This document shows positions 45,959 to 53,308 of a DNA stretch of 64,000 nt, in pieces. Where the stretch lies: the NCBI GenBank assembly GCA_963718515.1, contig OY970354.1, positions 566,808 to 630,807 on the forward strand, written 5' to 3'. Position 1 is the stretch's first letter, and every line of letters starts with the position of its first letter. Both the position numbers and the translations under genes were made by a program. The notes under the pieces are model-generated. The model was not told where the DNA came from. It saw only the letters and a program-made list of their open reading frames with translations, and did not search any database. This stretch comes from an uncultured bacterium (GTDB taxonomy: Bacteria > Patescibacteriota > Minisyncoccia > UBA6257 > 2-01-FULL-56-20).

Positions 45959-46489
45959 ATGCCGCGCTCGACGGGAAAATTTCAAAAACGTTATCCCCGC
46001 AAAATAATCCTTTTTAATCCGGAATTCCTCCGCACAAAAACCGCATATCAAGATTTTTTAAAACCGCAACGCCAGATCGTCGGCTACGTAATGCCAAAGG
46101 GCAAACTCGCCGCCAAGAAAGTGCTTGCGATATTGCCCCGCGCACCATACGAAAAAATCATGAAATCCACCGAAGCGGAGATGGTGAAATATTTTGGTAA
46201 TGCATTCCTAGCCACCCGCGTCATCTTTGGAAATCAAATCTATGATATCTGTAAGGCGGCAGGTATTGATTACGATACTGTACGAGAAGGCGCTGGGCTT
46301 GACGCTCGTGTAGGCACGAGTCACTTCGACGTCTTTGCCGATGTCTTTAAGGAAGGTCAGCGCGGCTATGGCGGCGCATGCCTGCCAAAAGATGTCCGCG
46401 CGCTCATGCAATTCGGAAAATCCGTGCATGCGAAGCTGGATCTTCTTACATCGCTTGAAAAGATAAATAAGAAGCTCCGGGGTGTATAA
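45959..46489 (+). pseudogene. UDP-glucose/GDP-mannose dehydrogenase family, 5'-truncated (central and C-terminal domains only)
   Basis: NPEFLRTKTA, AEMVKYFGNAFLATRV, catalytic GYGGACLPKD. The N-terminal GxGxxG Rossmann domain is absent. Confidence 0.6.
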
Positions 46490-46496
46490 CTTGTAG

Positions 46497-47852
46497 ATGA
46501 CTTCCTCCCCCGATTATCTCGAAAAGGACACTATCGACATTTTAAGAGATGCGGTAAAAAAGCTTGAGGCAAACTTTATTGATCTGCCGCCCATCGATAC
46601 CAAGCTTCATGACGCGGCCGCTATAAAAGAGATCTTGTTGCAGATAGCAGAGCGCTTTAAAACCGACTATCCCTACTTTCATCCTTTATATGCTGGCCAG
46701 ATGCTCAAACCGCCGCATCCCATGGCGCGGGCGGCATACATGCTTGCACTCTGGATAAACCCCAACAATCATGCGCTCGACGGCGGGCGTACGAGCTCGG
46801 CAATGGAGAAAGAGGCGGTAGCCGAGATCGCGGGAATGTTTGGCTGGAAAGAGCATCTCGGACATCTTACGAGCGGCGGCACGATGGCGAATTTGGAAGC
46901 ACTCTGGATCGCGGGCCAGCTCAATCCCAGCAAAAAAGTTGTCGCGTCCAGGCAGGCGCATTATACGCACAGCCGCATCAGTAATGTCCTTGGTTTAATA
47001 TTCGAACCCATTGATCATGATGACAAAGGACGAATGAACCTGGCTAAGCTTGAGGAAAAATTACGCGAGGGCGATGTTGGCACCGTGGTCGTCACGCTCG
47101 GCACGACCGCAACCGGATCCGTCGATCCGCTCGGCGGCGTTTTAAAACTTCGTGAGAAATATGGATTTCGGATACATGTTGACGCCGCCTTTGGCGGCTA
47201 TTTTATGCTGATAAATAATTTGGGTAATGAAGCGCGTCGCGAGTACGATCATTTAAACGAAGCTGATTCAATTGTCATTGATCCCCATAAGCATGGACTT
47301 CAACCCTATGGATGCGGGTGCGTCATCTTCCGCGATTCTTCCGTGGGACGATTTTATAAACACGATTCCCCGTATACCTACTTTACTTCCGACGAACTTC
47401 ATTTGGGCGAGATCAGCTTGGAATGCTCGCGACCCGGCGCTTCTGCGGTAGCATTGTGGGCAACCCAAAAATTATTGCCACTCATAAAAGACGGCGACTT
47501 TGCAAAAGAACTTGGAATGAGCCGCCATGCGGCGCTCACATTTTATGGCAAATTAAAAAATGATGAACGTTTCATTCCTCCATTCGAACCGGAATTAGAT
47601 ATCGTCGTTTGGGCAGTCAACGCTCCGTCTGTCAGCGATGCCTCGGAGAAAGCAAGAAAACTATTCGACGCGGCGGCGAAACGTAATCTCCATTTGGCAC
47701 TCGTTGATCTGCCTGTCTCATTATTTGATTTTAAAGAGGGCAAGATGAAACTCGATAAACCCACGATCACCTGTTTGCGCTCTACACTTATGAAGCCAGA
47801 ACATGACGAGTGGCTCGATCGCATCTGGGAAATCTTAAGCGAGGTTAGCTGA
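46497..47852 (+). CDS. PLP-dependent group II decarboxylase-like enzyme
   Basis: SGGTMANLEALW; DPHKHGLQPYGCG (PLP-binding Lys). Confidence 0.8.
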   Translation: MTSSPDYLEKDTIDILRDAVKKLEANFIDLPPIDTKLHDAAAIKEILLQIAERFKTDYPYFHPLYAGQMLKPPHPMARAAYMLALWINPNNHALDGGRTSSAMEKEAVAEIAGMFGWKEHLGHLTSGGTMANLEALWIAGQLNPSKKVVASRQAHYTHSRISNVLGLIFEPIDHDDKGRMNLAKLEEKLREGDVGTVVVTLGTTATGSVDPLGGVLKLREKYGFRIHVDAAFGGYFMLINNLGNEARREYDHLNEADSIVIDPHKHGLQPYGCGCVIFRDSSVGRFYKHDSPYTYFTSDELHLGEISLECSRPGASAVALWATQKLLPLIKDGDFAKELGMSRHAALTFYGKLKNDERFIPPFEPELDIVVWAVNAPSVSDASEKARKLFDAAAKRNLHLALVDLPVSLFDFKEGKMKLDKPTITCLRSTLMKPEHDEWLDRIWEILSEVS

Positions 47853-47874
47853 ATATCATCCCCCGATAGAAAAT

Positions 47875-47904
47875 CCCCCGCGCGCAATATTTCGCACGCG
47901 GGGG
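47875..47904. terminator. GC-rich hairpin between convergent genes
   Basis: CCCCCGCG-cgcaatatttcgca-CGCGGGGG, followed by TTGTTG on the plus strand and by ATTTTC on the minus strand. Confidence 0.45.
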
Positions 47905-47938
47905 TTGTTGGGCGGCTGTCATGAACGGGCGGTGGGCA

Positions 47939-48388
47939 TTACGAGTAATTCCCCACCCACTCCTCTACCTCCTTCAGGATGGAGTCCAATCGCGCCGACC
48001 ATCTGTCTGGCTGACGAATGATCCCTATGGGATTACCAGGCGTCCTTAGGCCTAAGCGGAGCGTTCCCATTTCACGATACGCGGGACATGCGGTACCCCA
48101 TGTGATCGTACACTCCACGATGAGCACTCCACCCTGGAAAAGGCGGTAGTGGCAATCTGCCCACGCGCCTCCCTCTACTGCAACTTCGATGGATGTGCCA
48201 AATTGGTTTTTCTTAAGCCATCCACCGCACCCTTTGAATTCTTCGGTGAAGAGCCGGTGAATGCGATGCCTCCGCCATGCCGTCCGCATCAAGAACGAAC
48301 AATACACGGGGAACGCAACCAGGAAAGCGATGGCGTCCACAACCATCGTTGAGAGCCAGTACTCACTGGAAATTACCGAGATGATCAT
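47939..48388 (-). CDS. hypothetical protein with an N-terminal membrane helix
   Basis: 149-aa ORF. No family recognised. Confidence 0.4.
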   Translation of the reverse strand: MIISVISSEYWLSTMVVDAIAFLVAFPVYCSFLMRTAWRRHRIHRLFTEEFKGCGGWLKKNQFGTSIEVAVEGGAWADCHYRLFQGGVLIVECTITWGTACPAYREMGTLRLGLRTPGNPIGIIRQPDRWSARLDSILKEVEEWVGNYS

Positions 48389-48445
48389 GCGACACCTCCA
48401 ACCGTCATTCTAGCATAAAGGCAACGCTATGCCGCTCCGGAAAAG

Positions 48446-49318
48446 CTATACTACCCGCACTTCCCTGCCCGGATGCTCGTGCTCGCGCTCGCGGCCCGCG
48501 CGCACATGCGGCCGCGCAAAGTGGCCGATCTTGATCGCCACAAAATATGTGATCGCGGCAAGCGCGGCGATGTAGAAGCTGACGGGCCAGCTGGTGGCGA
48601 GCGCGAGGAGCAGTCCGCACCATGTGAAGGCGACGCCGAGCGCGGCGCTGATCACGATCGCGGAGAAGGGTTTGCGCGTCAGATGTTGCGCGGCCGCGGC
48701 AGGTGCCACGATGAGCGCGAAGACGAGTAAAACGCCGACCACCTGAATGGATTCCGCCACCGTGATCGCGAGCAAGAACATAAAAATAATGGATAGGACT
48801 TTTATTGGCACGCCGCGCGCTTCCGCGACCTCCGGGTCGATCGAGCTAAAGAGCAATGGCCGGAAAATCGCGGCTAAAATAATGAGCGTCCCCACGCCGA
48901 ACGCGAGCGTGAGCGCGATGTCGCCCGGCGTCACGCTCAAGATCGATCCAAAGAGCACGCTCACCGTCTCGCTCGACGAACTCGTGTAGAGCCGCAAGAA
49001 GAGCACGCCGAGGCCGAGCGCGAACGATAATATCATGCCGATCTCGACGTCGCGTCCGCGGATGCGCTTGCCGAGCGCGCCCATCCCGAGCGCCGCTATT
49101 ACGGTGAATCCGCTCATGCCAAGCAATCCGCTTATGCCGAGGAGCGCCGAAAGCGTCGCCCCCGCGAAGCCGACGTGCGAGAGCGCGTGCGCGGCAAACG
49201 CCTGCGCGCGGAGCACCACGAAGTAGCCCACGATCGCGGCGACGATCGCAATGAGCGTTCCCGCGATGAACGCGTTAATTACGAAAGGCTGGGTTAAAAG
49301 TTCCGCAAAATTATTCAT
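48446..49318 (-). CDS. metal ABC transporter permease (TroD/ZnuB-like) with a His/Arg/Glu-rich tail
   Basis: Start trimmed to MNNFAELLTQPF. AHALSHVGFAGA motif. C-terminus reads RPHVRAGREREHEHPGREVRVV. Confidence 0.9.
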   Translation of the reverse strand: MNNFAELLTQPFVINAFIAGTLIAIVAAIVGYFVVLRAQAFAAHALSHVGFAGATLSALLGISGLLGMSGFTVIAALGMGALGKRIRGRDVEIGMILSFALGLGVLFLRLYTSSSSETVSVLFGSILSVTPGDIALTLAFGVGTLIILAAIFRPLLFSSIDPEVAEARGVPIKVLSIIFMFLLAITVAESIQVVGVLLVFALIVAPAAAAQHLTRKPFSAIVISAALGVAFTWCGLLLALATSWPVSFYIAALAAITYFVAIKIGHFARPHVRAGREREHEHPGREVRVV

Positions 49319-49323
49319 AAACG

Positions 49324-50112
49324 TTATGTTAATAGTCGCACCGGTAAATATACGCCGAACGAGATCGTTGCGATAAAAAAGCTGACGGGCCACGTGCCCG
49401 TTGCCGCCAGAAATATTCCCGCCCATGTGTACACGAGGCCCAGTCCAACCGCGAGCGCGATTGCGGCGATTGGGCTATGCACCAGGCGCGTGGCGGTGGC
49501 GGCTGGTCCCACGAGTAGTGTAAAGATGAGCAGAACGCCGACAACCTGCACCGACATCGAAACGGCGATGGCGACGAGTACTAAAAAGATGATGCCGAGC
49601 GCCTGCACCGGCACACCGCGCGCTTCTGCCACCTCGGGGTCTATAGAGCTAAAGAGCAAAGGCCGAAATATCGCTATAAGCGCCGCAATCGTGATCAACC
49701 CGAATATGGCCGTTATAACCACATCCGGCCTGCTAATGCCCAAAATCGTGCCAAAAAGGATGCTATAGGCCTGCTCCGCATACCCTGCATAGAGCGAAAT
49801 AAAGAGTGCGCCAAGGCCAAGCGCGAGCGTCATCACGATGCCGATATTGATGTCTTCTTCCTGCAAGTCCTTGCCAAAGATACCAATGCCGATCCCTGCC
49901 ACGATGGTAAAGACGAGGAGTCCGAATATCGGATCAACGCCAACGAGCAACGCGGCGGCTGCACCCGCAAAACCGATGTGCGAAAGCGCGTGCCCCGCGA
50001 ACGTGAGCCCGCGCGTGATCAAAAAATATCCCACGATGCCACCCACGATCGCCACGATCGATCCGGCAAAGAACGCGTTCTGAATAAAAGTGTATTGGAA
50101 GATGGATGGCAT
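49324..50112 (-). CDS. metal ABC transporter permease (TroC/ZnuB-like)
   Basis: MPSIFQYTFIQNAFFAG...GHALSHIGFAGA. Paralog of the downstream permease. Confidence 0.9.
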   Translation of the reverse strand: MPSIFQYTFIQNAFFAGSIVAIVGGIVGYFLITRGLTFAGHALSHIGFAGAAAALLVGVDPIFGLLVFTIVAGIGIGIFGKDLQEEDINIGIVMTLALGLGALFISLYAGYAEQAYSILFGTILGISRPDVVITAIFGLITIAALIAIFRPLLFSSIDPEVAEARGVPVQALGIIFLVLVAIAVSMSVQVVGVLLIFTLLVGPAATATRLVHSPIAAIALAVGLGLVYTWAGIFLAATGTWPVSFFIATISFGVYLPVRLLT

Positions 50113-50156
50113 AGAATATTTTATCGCGCGCGAATGCGGCACGCACGGCCGCTTCG

Positions 50157-50927
50157 CTAAATCTCCGCGCCGACCACGAAGACGTGGCCGCCGCTCCGTA
50201 TCACTTCCACCTTGGTGTCATACAACTTGGAGAGCGTGGCGCTTGTGACGACCTCATCCGGCGTGCCCATCACGCCATGCCCATGCGCCATGTAGAGTAC
50301 GCGGTTCGCCGCCGGCAATAGCGGATTGATATCATGCGACACGAGCATGATCGTCACCTCGCGGCTATGGGAAATCTTCGTAAGCAATGCGATGATCTCC
50401 TGCGCGTGACTGATGTCCAGATTAGAAAGCGGCTCATCGAGCAATAATAGTTTTGGATTCGTGATGAGCGCCTGCGCAATAAGTAGCCGCTGTTGCTCGC
50501 CGCCGGATAGTTGCCCCACCGGCGCGTTCGCAAATTGGTACGCGTCCACTTCCCTGAGCACCGCGTCGATCATTTCATCGCGCGCGCGACTGCCGAACCC
50601 GATCCCCCATTTATTACCGTCCAGGCCGAATCCCACGACATCGCGCGCGCGGAGCGCGAGATCGGTCTCGAGCACGCGATGTTGGGGCGCGTAGCCGATC
50701 GCGCTGTCGCCGCGGTGCGGCACGGCGCCGAGCACGGAGATCGTGCCGCGCGTGGGCTTCAACAGTCCAAGTAGTAATTTGAACAGCGTCGTCTTCCCCG
50801 CGCCGTTCGGTCCCAGGATCGCCACAAATTCGCCTTTCTTTACCTCAAAACTGACCTTATCGAGAATAATGCGGCCGCCAAGCTCCACGGTGACCCCGTC
50901 AAGAGATATCACGATATTCGTGTCCAT
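50157..50927 (-). CDS. metal ABC transporter ATP-binding protein (TroB/ZnuC-like)
   Basis: GPNGAGKTTLFK, LSGGEQQRLLIAQAL, LLLLDEP. Confidence 0.95.
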   Translation of the reverse strand: MDTNIVISLDGVTVELGGRIILDKVSFEVKKGEFVAILGPNGAGKTTLFKLLLGLLKPTRGTISVLGAVPHRGDSAIGYAPQHRVLETDLALRARDVVGFGLDGNKWGIGFGSRARDEMIDAVLREVDAYQFANAPVGQLSGGEQQRLLIAQALITNPKLLLLDEPLSNLDISHAQEIIALLTKISHSREVTIMLVSHDINPLLPAANRVLYMAHGHGVMGTPDEVVTSATLSKLYDTKVEVIRSGGHVFVVGAEI

Positions 50928-50964
50928 ATGTTCTTCTATATCCTTATTATACCCGACTACTCTA

Positions 50965-51900
50965 CTAATGCCCCGTCGCTTGCGCGAGCGCCCGTTGAAG
51001 CGTCGTAAGCTCGCTCATCATCCACGTCTGATACGTATCACCCGGCGGCATTGTTTCGCTCACGGGCACGACAGGAATGCCGTTCGCGAGCGCGGCATTT
51101 TGCAAATTCGTCGTGATCGGCGTCACGGTCTGGCTGTTATAGATCAGCACTTTTATCTGCTTACCGCTCACCTGCTGATCCGTCGTGTTCACGCTTTGCG
51201 CCGACGGGTCGTTGCCCTCGGCGATCGCTTTCTCGAAATCAAAGGGAGTCAGCACGTCGAGCGCCATCGGCCCGGTCTGATAGAGATAGATCGTCTCCGT
51301 GAGTCCCACCGGCGTGCCGGCGTAGTCCGCCTTGATCTCATTCATTTTTGCCGTGATCGGCGCGAGCGAGGCGTCGAACGCCGCAAGATTACTTTGGAAC
51401 ATAGTGGCGTCCGCAGGATCCACCTGCGTGAGCGCGGTCGTGATTGCCTGCGCGATCGCCACAATATTATCCACGCCATACCAGACGTGTGGATTCTCCG
51501 GCAACGGATCGGGCGCGATCGTGCCGCCCACGAGCACGATGCGGCTAGGGTTCGGCGCGGCGGCGATCAACTTGTCCATCCACGTGTCGTATTCCAATCC
51601 GTTCTCTATCACAATGTTCGCGTTCGTGATGGCGATGCCGTCCTGCACATCGGACTCATACTCGTGCGGATCGACGTTCGGATCAGAAAGAATGCTCGTG
51701 ACGGAAACCTTATCGCCGCCCAGCTGTTGCGCAATGTTGCCATAAAAGTTCTCGGCAGCCACGATGCGGATCGTCGCGCCGGAGGGTGTTATACCACTGC
51801 TCGTCGCGGGCTGGCCATTATTGCCAAGCCGTATAAAGAGATAGACGCCGAGGGCGATGACTATCAGAATCGCAATTAATACAAACGTTGTTTTCTTCAT
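50965..51900 (-). CDS. metal ABC transporter substrate-binding protein (TroA/ZnuA cluster A-I type)
   Basis: Start trimmed to MKKTTFVLIAILIVIALGVYLF. DPHEYE and NPHVWY metal-site motifs. Confidence 0.9.
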   Translation of the reverse strand: MKKTTFVLIAILIVIALGVYLFIRLGNNGQPATSSGITPSGATIRIVAAENFYGNIAQQLGGDKVSVTSILSDPNVDPHEYESDVQDGIAITNANIVIENGLEYDTWMDKLIAAAPNPSRIVLVGGTIAPDPLPENPHVWYGVDNIVAIAQAITTALTQVDPADATMFQSNLAAFDASLAPITAKMNEIKADYAGTPVGLTETIYLYQTGPMALDVLTPFDFEKAIAEGNDPSAQSVNTTDQQVSGKQIKVLIYNSQTVTPITTNLQNAALANGIPVVPVSETMPPGDTYQTWMMSELTTLQRALAQATGH

Positions 51901-51907
51901 AAGATTC

Positions 51908-51959
51908 AGTATACGGCGGCACCCTCCGGCGTCAATGAATTTGCAAGTAATTTGCAAGT
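51908..51959 (-). promoter_or_regulatory. tro operon promoter plus a tandem 11-bp repeat (candidate metalloregulator operator)
   Basis: Minus strand: (ACTTGCAAATT)x2 at 51938-51959, then TTGACG, 16-nt spacer, TATACT. The -10 box ends 7 nt before the ATG. Confidence 0.45.
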
Positions 51960-51970
51960 AAAAAAACCGC

Positions 51971-52147
51971 TCAGGAGGAATATTTCCTGAGCGGGGCGGG
52001 ACGGCACCCTGATGGCGCCTGGGCTGCGGATCGTTTGTTCTCTTCGCGTTCCCGAATCTGCCGGCGATTACGCCGGAGCTGGTAGATCGCCGTTAACGTC
52101 GCAAAAACAACGATGATGAAATAAAGAACTCCGTACCCTTCGAACAT
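51971..52147 (-). CDS. small single-helix membrane protein (58 aa)
   Basis: GGAGG lies 7 nt upstream of the ATG at 52147. MFEGYGVLYFIIVVFATLTAIY... The hairpin CCGCTCAGGA/TCCTGAGCGG plus a T-run sits at its 3' end. Confidence 0.45.
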   Translation of the reverse strand: MFEGYGVLYFIIVVFATLTAIYQLRRNRRQIREREENKRSAAQAPSGCRPAPLRKYSS

Positions 52148-52263
52148 TTTGAATCCTCCGAATTGCAGGTTGTAATATAGCATAAAAAAATAACTTGGTC
52201 AATGACGCTTGACAAGCATAATAATATTTAGTATGCTTAGTACCAGATTAAGGAGAGAAAACT

Positions 52264-52539
52264 ATGAGCTCAGGATGGCTGTGGTTTCTCGTAGCGGTAG
52301 CGCTTATTCTTTGGATCTGCCTCGGAAGATGGGGTCATGAATTTCTCCTTCGTTCGGATGAGATAAATTTGACCACGCGGATCTTCAAAGACTCACTCGT
52401 AACGGAAGACCCACGGGCAATGCAGGGGTGCATACTCTTTGGTCCAATCACCTACTTCCTCGGGTGGCTGGTTTTATCGGCAGCCCTCAAAGACTTGGAA
52501 AAGACTCAGACCCTGCGGCATCCTAACGCGCGCCGGTGA
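52264..52539 (+). CDS. small membrane protein (91 aa)
   Basis: TTGACA-17-TATGCT promoter and AGGAG SD upstream. Two hydrophobic helices. Confidence 0.45.
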   Translation: MSSGWLWFLVAVALILWICLGRWGHEFLLRSDEINLTTRIFKDSLVTEDPRAMQGCILFGPITYFLGWLVLSAALKDLEKTQTLRHPNARR

Positions 52540-52548
52540 TCGAAATGA

Positions 52549-53223
52549 TCACCTGCGCGCCCTTTTTTTATTCTTCGGCGTCTTGATCACCCCTATCACT
52601 TTTCCATTGACCGCAAAGTCGTCGTTCTCGTGGATGTGGATCGCAGGAAAGTCGTGTGTGGACTCGGACATGAGAAGGATCTGATTATTTTCCTTATCCA
52701 CATAATATTTTTTGATATTCGCCATGCCCTCAATGACCGAGAGCACGATGTCGTCGTTGGCCGCCTCGCGGTCCTCGCTGTCGATGATGACGTAATCCCC
52801 ATCCTCAATGCGCTTGTTGCCGATATACGCCATGTTCATGGACGGGCCGTCCACCTTGAGCGCAAACAGGCGGTGCGTGGTGCGGCGGCGCTTGAGCAAA
52901 CTGCTCGACACGCGGAGATAACCCTCTATATTAGAGTTGGCAAAGACCATCGCAGGTCCGGCGTTCGCCGATCCCAAAATAGGAAGGGAGAGCAACCGCG
53001 CGTTCTTTAAGATGCCCTTCACCGTGCCGCCTTCATCGATCTTCTCGATTATTTGATTGGCTTTATTGATGCGGATGAATCCGCGCTTCTCGAGCTGCTG
53101 CAAATGATGCTTTATCTTCTGCGGCGACGTCTCGCCCACAAACGCGCCAATCTCGCGGAGCGTGTATTTGCCCAAGTTTTTCTTTTCCGACAACTGCAAT
53201 AGTTTTTGTTGTATGGTGTGCAT
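52549..53223 (-). CDS. lexA: LexA-like S24 repressor
   Basis: N-terminal winged HTH (REIGAFVGETSPQKIKHHLQQLEKRGFI), Ala-Gly cleavage site (SANAGP), catalytic GPSM serine and the NGKVIGVIK lysine. Confidence 0.85.
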   Translation of the reverse strand: MHTIQQKLLQLSEKKNLGKYTLREIGAFVGETSPQKIKHHLQQLEKRGFIRINKANQIIEKIDEGGTVKGILKNARLLSLPILGSANAGPAMVFANSNIEGYLRVSSSLLKRRRTTHRLFALKVDGPSMNMAYIGNKRIEDGDYVIIDSEDREAANDDIVLSVIEGMANIKKYYVDKENNQILLMSESTHDFPAIHIHENDDFAVNGKVIGVIKTPKNKKRARR

Positions 53224-53229
53224 ACTTAC

Positions 53230-53257
53230 AGTGTACGCCCTTAATTATTACTGTCAA
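53230..53257 (-). promoter_or_regulatory. lexA promoter (leaderless geometry) with ACAGT/ACTGT repeats
   Basis: Minus strand: TTGACA, 16-nt spacer, TACACT, then GTAAGT and the ATG. ACAGT...ACTGT inverted copies overlap the -35 and -10 boxes. Confidence 0.45.
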
Positions 53258-53308
53258 GCGTAACTGTGGACAAGTTTGACATGCCGTAAAAGCCGAAAAA
53301 TAGGGGCT

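Noticed and set aside
50743-51879. 378-aa plus-strand ORF across the metal ABC ATPase and SBP genes.
   Set aside because: It is Arg/His-rich and looks like nonsense, and it is antisense to two genes with unambiguous ABC and SBP motifs.
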